Source of the DNA: Candidatus Latescibacterota bacterium
Lineage (GTDB): Bacteria > Latescibacterota > UBA2968 > UBA8231
Reading direction: 5' to 3'
Assembly: GCA_965204725.1 (NCBI GenBank)
Contig: OZ242005.1
Location: 1-64,000, forward strand
DNA: 64,000 nucleotides
Positions 39,905 through 49,605 of this stretch are shown here, piece after piece. Each line of letters begins with the position of its first letter. Within the stretch, counting starts at the first letter, position 1. A model generated the notes under the pieces. That model had not been told where the DNA came from. It was given only the letters and a program-made list of their open reading frames with translations, and ran no database searches. Position numbers and translations under genes: made by a program.

Positions 39905-42388
39905 TCAATGCGGCACCCCCAATTGGTGCATCCGGCGGTGGATCGCCTCCCGCGCTTGGTGGAAGGGCCGCTCCAGATAGGCGAAGTGATCCGCCTCGCC
40001 GTGGTGGTGCGTGACGTCGTCGCGCAGATGCTGGCGGCTGTTGTGGCGGATATAGTGCAGCGAGCCTTCCACCAAGGTCAGCATGTACTGAGCCGTCTCT
40101 TGGTTGAACATCCACCACTCTCCACCGCAGGCCAGATACACCGGCGAAGTATGTGCCATGATCCCCCGGCCCCAGCCGTCGAAGTGCGGCACGCTCTGCT
40201 CGTAGCCCGGGCCGCTGCACCGCGCCGCTAGCCACGAGTGCCCCTCCACCTGTACCTCGGCCCGCAGGAGCAACTTGCGCGTCCCCTTGGCATCCTCGGT
40301 TGAGGCTACCACCCGCCCCTCCTGTACCACTTCCAAGGTGTGGATTGGCACCACCGACTCGGCCTCGGCGACCACCTCCACAGTGCCGCCATTGCCCGGC
40401 AGCCGCACGGTGTCCCCTATTTCGTGGCCATCGACGCTGAAGCGGAGCAGCGGGCCACCGCTGTGGAAAGTGCGGCCGGCGGCCATGTACTTACACCAGT
40501 TGGCGTAGGTAAACGGCTCGTCTTGGGGGATTTGCACGTAGGTGCGATAGATCCCCACCGGCACATCGCTGCTCATTTTGTCGGTGCCGCCGACCAACGG
40601 CAGCTTGTACCCGCAATTGAGATAGCGGTAGTACTCGCCGTGCATGTACATCCCGTGTCGGAGCATCTCCACGGCGTCGGCGCGCCCCGTGGCAATCAGA
40701 GCGGCCGGCTCGCCGTTGGGGCTGGGCAAATGCGGGATCACCACGCTGCCGCCCTGCGCTCGGCAGCGGTCGGCCCACTCGGCCATGGGCACTTCAAGCG
40801 TCCCGCCCAGCTCGGCCTCGCCCGGCCCGTCCGAGCACCAAGGCATCACCGGCTCCTTCAGCCCCATGAGGATCAGATGCCCCAAAAAGTGCTGCCTGTT
40901 CTCTTGGGACACATAGACAATATGCTCGCCGTTGGCCGTGGCCATTTCGCTGCCGGTAAATTCCTCGGTATTGGTAAACAGCCCGCCCCACTGAGATTGC
41001 AGGAGGTTGACCACGTTCAAATCCTCGCCCTGCGCCTCGGTGAGGCTGCCTTGTGCCGACAGGAAATGCACGTGCGAGTCGCCGCTGTACCAGCCTTCCT
41101 CGTTCATCGGACGCCAGCGCTTCAACCGCAACTCCAAGGTGCGCTGGCCGGGCGCGATCGCCACTTTGGTCCGCAGCGGCTCGTACTCGTAGCCACGCGC
41201 CACATCCACGATCACCTCGCCGCGCGGCAGCCAGCCTTGGCAAGTGCCGTCGATGTACGAATAGGTGATCTGCCCCAAGCGCACATCGCCGCCTACATCG
41301 ACGTGCCAAGTCCCCATGTTGGAGTTGACGTGGGCGTGATGGCCGTGGGGGGCGTAGGGAATGCCCTCTGGCGAGCGGAAGTGAACGCGACAGGGCACAG
41401 GTTGGCCGGTGGCGTCGTCGATGACCTTGGTATGCACCCAGTTGCGGCCGCGCTCCACCACTTCCAAGCGCACCCGAGGCGATGCCTCTACGCAGCCCTG
41501 TTGCCGCACCTTTTCCCAGCGGGCCTCGCCCAAAACCTCTCCGTCTCGCTTGACTTGCACGGTGGCCGAAGGATTGGCGGCGATTTCCACGTAGGCGGGG
41601 CTGCTGCCCTCGTTTTGGGCTTCGCCCCAGCCTTTGCGCCCTCTGAGAAACTCCTCGCCCGTTGCTTCCGGCAACGGATAGGGATAGGTCGCAACGCCCC
41701 GATCGACTTCCACTTCGAGTGCGGCAGACGCCCGCGCGTCCTCCGCGCGCGGCAGCGTGATGATGACCTCGCGTGTGCCTTCGCGGCAGATCGGCTCTTC
41801 GTCCAAGTCGCTCAGAGTGATCCCGCCGATGACAAAGGCCGGTCCCGCGGCCTCGATGGCGATTTTTTCCAAGCGCTTGTCCGGGTGTGGATTCGGCCAC
41901 GCCCAGAGCACGAAATGCTGGGCGCGCCCGGCATCGACCTCGGTCTGGCGTCGCCCGACCATGTCCCACGGGCCTTCGGTGCGCGGCAAGAGCCGATCGC
42001 TCGTATCCGGCACCGCCACAAACGGCGCGCCGCCATAGGCCGACGGCACGGTCGAGATTTCAAAGCGGTCGCGCACGGGCACCCTGAGCACCTCTTGGCC
42101 CTCGTAGTGCAGCGCGTATTCAGCGATCGGCGTCGCCAGCGGCCCGTTGTCCGCGATCCGCGACTCCAACAGGCGATGCGCCACAATCATCCACGTCGCT
42201 GGCCGCCCGACCGGGATTTCCACGCCAAGCCGCTCCCCCCCACAGGCGATCAGACAGCGGTTGGCATCGCTGCCCAGCGCAAACGGCAAGCCGCGCAAGC
42301 ATTGTGCGCCGAGCGGCCCTTGGCCTCCCAAGACATCCAGCCCGGCGTTGAACAGCGCATTCAAATCCAACGGTGTGTAAGTGCCCAT
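39905..42388 (-). CDS. CehA/McbA-family PHP-like metallohydrolase (paralog)
   Basis: YSGDSHVHF, QENRQHFLGH and GGTDKM; collinear with the neighbouring gene. Confidence 0.75.
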   Translation of the reverse strand: MGTYTPLDLNALFNAGLDVLGGQGPLGAQCLRGLPFALGSDANRCLIACGGERLGVEIPVGRPATWMIVAHRLLESRIADNGPLATPIAEYALHYEGQEVLRVPVRDRFEISTVPSAYGGAPFVAVPDTSDRLLPRTEGPWDMVGRRQTEVDAGRAQHFVLWAWPNPHPDKRLEKIAIEAAGPAFVIGGITLSDLDEEPICREGTREVIITLPRAEDARASAALEVEVDRGVATYPYPLPEATGEEFLRGRKGWGEAQNEGSSPAYVEIAANPSATVQVKRDGEVLGEARWEKVRQQGCVEASPRVRLEVVERGRNWVHTKVIDDATGQPVPCRVHFRSPEGIPYAPHGHHAHVNSNMGTWHVDVGGDVRLGQITYSYIDGTCQGWLPRGEVIVDVARGYEYEPLRTKVAIAPGQRTLELRLKRWRPMNEEGWYSGDSHVHFLSAQGSLTEAQGEDLNVVNLLQSQWGGLFTNTEEFTGSEMATANGEHIVYVSQENRQHFLGHLILMGLKEPVMPWCSDGPGEAELGGTLEVPMAEWADRCRAQGGSVVIPHLPSPNGEPAALIATGRADAVEMLRHGMYMHGEYYRYLNCGYKLPLVGGTDKMSSDVPVGIYRTYVQIPQDEPFTYANWCKYMAAGRTFHSGGPLLRFSVDGHEIGDTVRLPGNGGTVEVVAEAESVVPIHTLEVVQEGRVVASTEDAKGTRKLLLRAEVQVEGHSWLAARCSGPGYEQSVPHFDGWGRGIMAHTSPVYLACGGEWWMFNQETAQYMLTLVEGSLHYIRHNSRQHLRDDVTHHHGEADHFAYLERPFHQAREAIHRRMHQLGVPH

Positions 42389-42543
42389 AACCCCCTCCTT
42401 TGAAGTTGCCTTGCGAGTAGGCCGATAAAATGGCTTGGGGGACCATCTTTGGCAAAAAAGCGGTCCGCTCGTCGTCTGCGTTTAGAATCCGGCCCCGTGA
42501 AAACGAGGTTATTCCCGTGCTCGGTGATGCAACCGGAATTGCT

Positions 42544-42611
42544 AAAACTAGCAAAATTAGCTAAGTTATCTTTTCATTATAAACTTTATAAACTCTATAA
42601 TTATCCTATAA
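42544..42611. repeat. AT-rich short direct repeats (9-bp period) upstream of an AAA ATPase
   Basis: AAACTAGCA AAATTAGCT AAGTTATCT, then TATAAACTT TATAAACTC TATAA. Confidence 0.65.
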
Positions 42612-42621
42612 ATTCCCATCT

Positions 42622-43818
42622 ATGGACCCCATAAGCAACCCTTACGCGCCTGGAGCGGGTACGCCGCCGCCCGAGCTAGCCGGCCGCGATGCTATCCGCG
42701 AATCCGGCCGCATCGCATTAGAGCGGACCAAAATAGGGCGTCCGACCAAGGGTATGATGATGGTTGGCTTGCGCGGCGTTGGCAAAACCGTGCTATTGGA
42801 CCTCATGCGCGAACAAGCCGAGGCGAGCGGCATGTTCGCCTTGCGAATAGAAGCACCTGAACACCGTTCCCTTCCCTCTATTCTGGTGCCTCAACTGCGC
42901 GTGGCGTTGTTGAAACTCTCGAATAGGCAGGCGGCAAAGCAACTAGCACAAAGGGCACTTAGAGGACTCGCGGGATTTGTTGGCGCCTTAAAAGTGCAGT
43001 ATCAGGACATCGAGGTTGGGTTGGACTTCGCCCCCGAGCCCGGATTAGCAGACAACGGAGACTTGGAGATTGACTTGCCGGCCTTGTTTGAAGTCGTCGG
43101 GACCGCTGCCAAGGTAGATGCGACCGGGGTGGCCCTTTTCGTCGACGAACTTCAATATGTGAAAGAGAATGAGCTAGCGGCATTGATCACCGCATTGCAT
43201 CGGACAGCTCAGCGCAAACTTCCCGTAGTCATGTTTGGCGCCGGCTTACCCCAAGTACGCGGCCGCATGGGGAAAGCGAAATCTTATGCCGAACGACTTT
43301 TTGAGTTTCCCGAAATCGGACCGCTGTCTCCTCAAGATGCCCAGTGTGCAATTGCCAAGCCGGCAAAAAACGAAGGCGTAGAGATCGAACCCCGTGCGCT
43401 CGATGCCATCGTTACCCAAACCCAATGCTATCCCTACTTCCTCCAAGAATGGGGCAAGCATGTCTGGGACGTTGCCGAGCGTACTCCCATCACCGCTTCG
43501 AGTGTTGAAGTTGCGTCCCAACAGGCCATCGCGGCTCTAGATCAGAGTTTCTTCTCGGTCCGGTTTGATAGGCTTACGCCGGCCCAAAAAAAGTATGTGC
43601 GGGCGATGGCCCAGCTCGGTGCAGGGCCTCATCGTTCAGGTGATATTGCCTATACATTGAACCGCCCAGTAAGTGCTTTGGCCCCCACTCGCAACCAGCT
43701 AATCAACAAAGGCATGATTTGGAGTCCAAGTCATGGCGACACCGCGTTCACCGTCCCCATGTTCGACCAATTCATGCGGCGCATCCTACCCGGCGACGAG
43801 TGGCTATCGTCCGTCTAA
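42622..43818 (+). CDS. AAA_16-like ATPase with C-terminal winged helix
   Basis: NPYAPGAG, GLRGVGKT, VDELQ, YPYFLQ and RNQLINKG motifs. Confidence 0.8.
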   Translation: MDPISNPYAPGAGTPPPELAGRDAIRESGRIALERTKIGRPTKGMMMVGLRGVGKTVLLDLMREQAEASGMFALRIEAPEHRSLPSILVPQLRVALLKLSNRQAAKQLAQRALRGLAGFVGALKVQYQDIEVGLDFAPEPGLADNGDLEIDLPALFEVVGTAAKVDATGVALFVDELQYVKENELAALITALHRTAQRKLPVVMFGAGLPQVRGRMGKAKSYAERLFEFPEIGPLSPQDAQCAIAKPAKNEGVEIEPRALDAIVTQTQCYPYFLQEWGKHVWDVAERTPITASSVEVASQQAIAALDQSFFSVRFDRLTPAQKKYVRAMAQLGAGPHRSGDIAYTLNRPVSALAPTRNQLINKGMIWSPSHGDTAFTVPMFDQFMRRILPGDEWLSSV

Positions 43819-43843
43819 CACCGAATGCACACCGCGCCGCGAC

Positions 43844-44755
43844 TCAGGCCCGGTACGGCTCGCCCGTGCGTCGCAGCTTCTTGGTCACCGCGATCTGACA
43901 GGTCGCGTACCCGCCCATGTAGCCGGTGGCAAAGCCCGGGCGCGCATCCCCAATGGTGCCGACGATCATGTTGGCGTATTCGTACGTGGTGTCGTAGCGG
44001 TCGCATATCAGGGCCACCATTTCCAGCCAAGCCGCTTTGAGCGCGTCGCCCCACTCGGCCGCGCGCGCGCTGGTGAGGTATTCCTCGGCGTCTTCCACAA
44101 CCCGAGTCGTCTCGACCACCGGGCTGCTGGTGGGAAACCCGGGCGAGCGATTGACCTTGAGCGTGATGGCCGAGTCGATCTCAACGCCGGCCCCGGTCAA
44201 CTCGCCGTCGCCCATGCGCGCATGGACATCGCCCAGCGAGAGCAGTCCCCCGGGCTTTTGTGCCCGGATGTGTACGGTGCTGCCGGGCTGGATGGCATTG
44301 AAATCCATGTTGCCGCCGTGATCGATGGCGTTGGGGGCCCACGATTCGAGCTGGACGACGCCGATCATGGGCCGCACCGGCACGACAAAATCCGGCGGAA
44401 AGTGAATCAGCCCATCGCGCACCGGGGCCACGCAGCGCCAATTGCCCCAGTTGGGGCCGCCGTTGCGATAGAAGCCGTAGGGGCCGACTTCGATAGCGAT
44501 GATCTCGATGGCCACCCAATCGTCCGGCTCAATGCCCTCGATGAGAAAGGGGCCGCCGGGGCGGGCGTAGCGGCGATAGCTCTCGCCAGAAGTAATCATG
44601 CCGGCGCGGGTCTCTCCGGCCGCTTCAAAGTCGTTGTCCGCTCCGCCAATGGTCTCGATGAGGACGGTTTCTCCTAAAGCCAACGTGCCGCGCACTTGGC
44701 CGATTTCCGGGTCGTCCGGTCCGCTGTAATGGGGAGTGCGAGTAAAGCGACGCAT
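43844..44755 (-). CDS. Acetamidase/formamidase family protein
   Basis: GPFLIEG, HGGNMD and GDVHARMGDGE motifs; AAGGAG RBS. Confidence 0.85.
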   Translation of the reverse strand: MRRFTRTPHYSGPDDPEIGQVRGTLALGETVLIETIGGADNDFEAAGETRAGMITSGESYRRYARPGGPFLIEGIEPDDWVAIEIIAIEVGPYGFYRNGGPNWGNWRCVAPVRDGLIHFPPDFVVPVRPMIGVVQLESWAPNAIDHGGNMDFNAIQPGSTVHIRAQKPGGLLSLGDVHARMGDGELTGAGVEIDSAITLKVNRSPGFPTSSPVVETTRVVEDAEEYLTSARAAEWGDALKAAWLEMVALICDRYDTTYEYANMIVGTIGDARPGFATGYMGGYATCQIAVTKKLRRTGEPYRA

Positions 44756-44789
44756 AAGCGTTCTCCTTTGAAAATGGTAAGTGCAAAGC

Positions 44790-45584
44790 CTAGCGCCCCT
44801 CGGCAAACGGAAAGGTCCCGTTGTACCCGAGCGCGGCCATGGCCGGCAGGGGCGAGCTGACAAAGGGAATGCCCGGGAACATGGGCGTCTGCTGGTAGTG
44901 CAGCACCACGTTGCAACGGATGGGGGCGTCGGCCTCTTCCCGCAGCTTTGCGCCCTGATGCGGGATGTGGCTGAAGAACACCACCGCGTCGCCGGTCATG
45001 GGATGGAGGTGGATGTGCTCCTGTCGCTCGCACCACTGGTAAAAGGGGTTGTCGGAATTGTACCCGCCTAGGTGGCGGATTTCTTCCGGCAGGGCGTTGT
45101 GGCAGAAGTTGTTGATAAAGGTCAAACGCCCGGTCGCGGGCGCGTTGTCCGTCAGGTAAAACGTGGTGTTTATGCACAGGGGGCGCAGCGCGTGCCGCGC
45201 CTCGTCGGGCGCGTCCCAATAATAGCCAAAGTCCTTGTGCCATTCTTGGGTATAAGCCCCCGGATTGATGTGCGCCCGAAAGCTCCGCAACTGGCATTGC
45301 CGCCCGAGCATGGCCTGCAAATACGGCGCGACCGCGGGGTGGCCGACCATGGGCCGAGCCAGCTCGGGTTCCTGCTCCAGCAAGTGGTCAAAAGCCACAT
45401 TGCCCACTTCGTTGCTAATGTCCCATTCCCGCCGCTCGTACTTCCGCACCAAGCACTCCCGCCAAGCCAACACCTCGTCCTCGGGCAGCGCGTTGCGCAC
45501 CAATAGAAAGCCGTGCCGGTCGAGCGCGTCGAGCTGGTCGTCGAGCGCGGAGATTTGGGCCGTATCGGCGATGATCTCGCTCAT
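44790..45584 (-). CDS. PhyH family dioxygenase
   Basis: WHKD, FYLTD and GDAVVF...PHQG motifs. Confidence 0.8.
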   Translation of the reverse strand: MSEIIADTAQISALDDQLDALDRHGFLLVRNALPEDEVLAWRECLVRKYERREWDISNEVGNVAFDHLLEQEPELARPMVGHPAVAPYLQAMLGRQCQLRSFRAHINPGAYTQEWHKDFGYYWDAPDEARHALRPLCINTTFYLTDNAPATGRLTFINNFCHNALPEEIRHLGGYNSDNPFYQWCERQEHIHLHPMTGDAVVFFSHIPHQGAKLREEADAPIRCNVVLHYQQTPMFPGIPFVSSPLPAMAALGYNGTFPFAEGR

Positions 45585-45638
45585 GGAAAAGCTCCTTGTT
45601 TGTGTTTGGTCGTAGGGGTTGCCGTTTGTCGTTCTTTA

Positions 45639-45716
45639 GAAGCTGTCTGAAAATCCACCTTGGGTAGCCGTAGAGCCGGGATCCGTCATTCCCGCGAAAG
45701 CGGGAATCCAGCCGGG
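45639..45716. repeat. Truncated copy of the IS5-ended MITE
   Basis: GAAGCTGTCTGAAAA end followed by GCCGTAGAG...CCGTCATTCCCGCGAAAGCGGGAATCCAGCCGGG; homologous to 62749-62836. Confidence 0.75.
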
Positions 45717-46417
45717 CGCGCAAAATACTGCTCCCAGCGCTCGGTCGGCTCAAAGCCCAAGAGGCGTCGGGCCTTATCGACATTGTACTTACCGTGCCCC
45801 TCGTAGCTGAGCAAGTTGAACTCCTGAAAGCAGTCCGGCACTTGGGGAATTTCCAAGGCCAGCCGACAGGCGTGCTGCAAGTCCTCCCACACCACCGTAA
45901 AGGGCGGAAAATCCCCCACCGCTTGCGTCGGCCGTGGCCCCAAGCCATTGAACAAAAAGCTGATCGTCTGAATGCGGTATGCCCGCGCGTACGTCCGGCA
46001 AATCTCGCTCGCCAAGCCCTTCGTCAGACAGTAATAACCCGTGCCCAACACCGGCGGCACCTCCGCAAGATCAAAGTCGTGGTCGTACGCGCGGCGGACG
46101 AATTGCGGGCCGGTGTGGATCACCTTTTGAATCCCGTGCTCGGCCGCGGCCTGCATCACATTCAGGGCACCGCGCGTGTTGACGTGAAAGCTCTGCTCGG
46201 GATGATCGCGCACGACCGTGCAATTCACAATCGCATCCATGCCCGCGGCCGCGGCCCCCACCTGCTCCCGCGCCGACACATCGCAATGCACGATGGGCTT
46301 ACCATCCGGGTGCGGAGCGATGTCGGCCAGCGTCATATTGTATGTATCTTCGAGCCCGGGCAGTAGGTTGGGAGCGATCATCCCCGAAGCTCCTAACAGC
46401 AACACCTTTTTCTTCAC
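45686..46417 (-). CDS. NAD-dependent epimerase/dehydratase
   Basis: LLGASGMI and YCLTK motifs; GTG start overlaps the upstream stop. Confidence 0.8.
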   Translation of the reverse strand: MKKKVLLLGASGMIAPNLLPGLEDTYNMTLADIAPHPDGKPIVHCDVSAREQVGAAAAGMDAIVNCTVVRDHPEQSFHVNTRGALNVMQAAAEHGIQKVIHTGPQFVRRAYDHDFDLAEVPPVLGTGYYCLTKGLASEICRTYARAYRIQTISFLFNGLGPRPTQAVGDFPPFTVVWEDLQHACRLALEIPQVPDCFQEFNLLSYEGHGKYNVDKARRLLGFEPTERWEQYFARPAGFPLSRE

Positions 46418-47142
46418 GACGCGCCTCCGCAGAACGTACGCTGTGGCCGATAGCCCATAGACTGGGCGCGGTCGAGCAAAAACTTGGGGTGGGCGATGGG
46501 CGCGGCAATGTGGTACACGGCCCAGCGCGGCACCCAATCCAAGGACGCGCTCGCATCCCGCGTCAACGCCGCACAAAACGCCTGCGCTGCGTCCCGAATA
46601 TCGACCCACATCAAATCGCGTTCTCGCCCAGCAACCTCCTCCTCCCAAACCAACTTGCCAAGGCGCAACGCCGTGACCGTAATGGGATAATCGCGCACAA
46701 ATTCGCGGCACGTAATTTCGCCCAAATACCGCGCCAACACCTCCAGCTCGGGGCCGGGCAGCGGCTTGTAATGCTCGGTGACGTACGCGGTGTCGGGATA
46801 CGCGCCAAACACTTCGAGGGTGCTGCCGTACACAAACCGCTTGACGCCGGCCTCCACGGCCGCCTGAAACAACACGTGCGTACCCCGCGTCGCTCGGTCG
46901 AGCAGGTCCTCTGCGCTCTCGGGCGCGGGCGGCGGCTCACCCGTGTGAACGACCGCATCTATCTGGCGCACCGCCTGCCATGCCGCGGCTGAATCCGTCA
47001 GCCGGGCGGCGATCCACTCGACGTCTTGTCGCGGCGTCGCGCAGTCGTCCATAAGACGCAACTGCGCCGTTCCATCCGCAGCCAGCGCGGTGGCTACCGC
47101 TTGGCCCAATGCACTAGCCGCGCCCGTGATCAATATCCGCAC
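46414..47142 (-). CDS. NAD-dependent epimerase/dehydratase-like protein
   Basis: ITGAASALG Rossmann motif; the YxxxK motif appears degenerate. Confidence 0.7.
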   Translation of the reverse strand: MRILITGAASALGQAVATALAADGTAQLRLMDDCATPRQDVEWIAARLTDSAAAWQAVRQIDAVVHTGEPPPAPESAEDLLDRATRGTHVLFQAAVEAGVKRFVYGSTLEVFGAYPDTAYVTEHYKPLPGPELEVLARYLGEITCREFVRDYPITVTALRLGKLVWEEEVAGRERDLMWVDIRDAAQAFCAALTRDASASLDWVPRWAVYHIAAPIAHPKFLLDRAQSMGYRPQRTFCGGAS

Positions 47143-47146
47143 CTTC

Positions 47147-48112
47147 TCAATCTCCTCGTCCCGCTCTTCTCCGCCCGGCTAGGCGGCGGATCAACTCGTC
47201 GGCGATGACCCCTGCCAAAATCACCGCCCCGATAATGGCAAACTCGAGTTGGGTGGGGATGCCGGAGACGTTGATGGCATTGTAGAGCAACCGCATGACG
47301 GCCGCGCCAATGACGACCCCCAAAATCGAGCCCTCGCCGCCGCGCAGGGAGCAGCCCCCCAACACGGCCGCGGCAATCGCATACAGCTCATAGAAGTTGC
47401 CGTGTGCGGCCGGTTGCACCGAGTTGACGTCGAGGGCGAAGAGGATGCCCCCCAAGCCAGCCGTGCCCGAGCACAAGACATAGGCCAGAATTTTCATCCG
47501 CTCAATTTGGATCCCGCTATACCGCGCCGCAGTCTCGTTGCGGCCCAGCGCCAACAGGTAGCGGCCCCATATCGTGCGGTTGAGGAAGAGGGCGGCGAGC
47601 ACTCCGGCAAGCACCAAAAGGAAAAACGGAATCGGCAGCGCAAAGCCGCCCAGTGAGACCTTGCCAATCGCCAGTTGGCGCAGCCCCTCGTAGGACGATC
47701 CAAAACCTTGGACTTGGTCGTGGGTGAGCCAGCGGGCAAAGCCGCGGTAGAACAGCAAGCCACACAGCGTGACCACAAACGGCTGCAACCCCAAGCGCGT
47801 GATCAGCAAGCCGTGCAGCAAGCCAATGGCCAGCGACAAAACCACGACGGCCAACAGCGCCACAGCCGGCGCGTACCCAGCGGCCAAGAGCATGGGCAAC
47901 AGACACCCCACCAAGCCGATCAACGAGCCGATTGACAAGTCGATACCGCCGGTGATGATGACAAAGGCCACGCCAATAGAAATGACGCCAAAGAGCGAGG
48001 TCCAGCGGATGATATTTTGCAAGTTATACGCGCTGGCAAACTTAGGTTCGACGATCCAAGTGACCACAAAAATCGCCAACAACAAGCCGAGAATACCCAG
48101 TATCTTCTTCAT
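47147..48112 (-). CDS. Sugar ABC transporter permease (RbsC-like)
   Basis: GGIDLSIG, GRNETAARYSG and YELYAIAAAVLGG motifs. Confidence 0.92.
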   Translation of the reverse strand: MKKILGILGLLLAIFVVTWIVEPKFASAYNLQNIIRWTSLFGVISIGVAFVIITGGIDLSIGSLIGLVGCLLPMLLAAGYAPAVALLAVVVLSLAIGLLHGLLITRLGLQPFVVTLCGLLFYRGFARWLTHDQVQGFGSSYEGLRQLAIGKVSLGGFALPIPFFLLVLAGVLAALFLNRTIWGRYLLALGRNETAARYSGIQIERMKILAYVLCSGTAGLGGILFALDVNSVQPAAHGNFYELYAIAAAVLGGCSLRGGEGSILGVVIGAAVMRLLYNAINVSGIPTQLEFAIIGAVILAGVIADELIRRLAGRRRAGRGD

Positions 48113-48114
48113 CT

Positions 48115-49605
48115 TTACGCGGCCTTCCCGGTCGCCAAGTGCATAATCGCCTCCTCGCTGAGCGCGTCGCGCTGGAGTTGGCCGGTAATGCGGCCCTCGT
48201 GCAGGACCAAGACCTCATCGGCCATCCCCAGAATTTCCTCCAACTCACTCGACGCAAACAGCACGGCCACGCCGCTGGCGGCCAACTCTTCCATCAGGCG
48301 GTAGATCGCTTGTTTGGCTCCCACGTCAATGCCCCGGGTGGGTTCGTCGAGCAACAACACGCGGGGCGCGAGAGCCAGCCACTTGCCCAGCACCACCTTT
48401 TGCTGGTTGCCCCCGGATAGGTACTGGACGATTTGGCCCGGGCCGGGGGTGCGGATGGCGAGGCGCTCTATGATCTGGTCGGCGTCCGCGGCTTGGCGCA
48501 CCAAGTTGGCCCAACCGGCAAAGCTCCGGTAGTGCCCCAAGCCGGGCAAGCCGATGTTGTCGCGCAGAGCCATTTCGAGGATGAGGCCCTGTTGCTTGCG
48601 GTCTTCGGGCACGAGCGCCAAACCCGCACGAATGGCGTCGGCGGGCGAGCGGATCACGTGCGGAGCGCCGTCAATGAGGACGCGCCCTGCGAGCGCGGGA
48701 ACCAAACCGAAGAGCACCTGCAATAGCTCGGTGCGCCCCGCGCCGACGAGACCGGCGAGGCCGATGAGCTGACCGCGCCGAACCGCAAAGTTGAGCCGGT
48801 GCTCGGGCCAATCCGGGAGGACCAAGTCCTCGGCTTGGAGGGCGATGTCGCCGGCCGGATGGGCTTGGTGCGCGTAGTACTGGGCGATGTCGCGGCCAAC
48901 CATCTTCGTCACCATGGCGTCGTGGCTGATTTCCGCACGGGCTAACTCGCCGGCGTTTTGCCCGTCGCAGAGGACCAAGACGCGATCCGCTAAGGCTTTG
49001 ACCTCGCCGAGGCGGTGGGAGATATAGACGATGGCCACGCCGCGCCCGCGCAGTTGGCCGATGACCGCGAACAGGGCCTCGGCCTCTTGGCTGGTGAGGC
49101 TGGAGGTCGGCTCGTCCATGATCAGCACCCGCGCCTCGGTCGAAAGCGCCTTGGCGATCTCAACGAGTTGCTGGTGGCCAATGGGCAAGTCGCCCATCAG
49201 GGCCAACGGCGACACTTCGAGCCCGAGTTGCGCGAGGGCTTGGACCGCCCCTCGGTGGATGGCGGCGCGGTCGATCAGCCCCCAGCGCTGAGGCTCGCGA
49301 CCGAGGTAAAGATTGGCAGCGACCGAGAGGTTGGCGCAAAAGTTGAGTTCTTGGTGGATCAGGGCGATGCCGAGCGCAGCGGCGCGCCGCGGTGAGTCGA
49401 TGATCACGGGCTGGTCGTCGCGCAAAATCTGGCCGCTGTCTGGCGTCTCAATGCCGGCAAGGATTTTCATCAGGGTGGATTTGCCAGCCCCGTTTTCCCC
49501 GATGACGGCGAGGACTTCTCCGGCCTCCACCGCCATATCCACCGCGTCGAGTGCGCGGACCCCGGGGAAACGCTTGCTAATGCCGCGCGCAGCCAACAGC
49601 GCCAT
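48115..49605 (-). CDS. Sugar ABC transporter ATP-binding protein (RbsA-like)
   Basis: GENGAGKST, MDEPTSSL, SGGNQQK and DEPTRGIDVGAK motifs. Confidence 0.93.
   Translation of the reverse strand: MALLAARGISKRFPGVRALDAVDMAVEAGEVLAVIGENGAGKSTLMKILAGIETPDSGQILRDDQPVIIDSPRRAAALGIALIHQELNFCANLSVAANLYLGREPQRWGLIDRAAIHRGAVQALAQLGLEVSPLALMGDLPIGHQQLVEIAKALSTEARVLIMDEPTSSLTSQEAEALFAVIGQLRGRGVAIVYISHRLGEVKALADRVLVLCDGQNAGELARAEISHDAMVTKMVGRDIAQYYAHQAHPAGDIALQAEDLVLPDWPEHRLNFAVRRGQLIGLAGLVGAGRTELLQVLFGLVPALAGRVLIDGAPHVIRSPADAIRAGLALVPEDRKQQGLILEMALRDNIGLPGLGHYRSFAGWANLVRQAADADQIIERLAIRTPGPGQIVQYLSGGNQQKVVLGKWLALAPRVLLLDEPTRGIDVGAKQAIYRLMEELAASGVAVLFASSELEEILGMADEVLVLHEGRITGQLQRDALSEEAIMHLATGKAA

Noticed and set aside
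40340-42403. 687-aa plus-strand ORF
   Set aside because: Antisense shadow of the CehA/McbA gene
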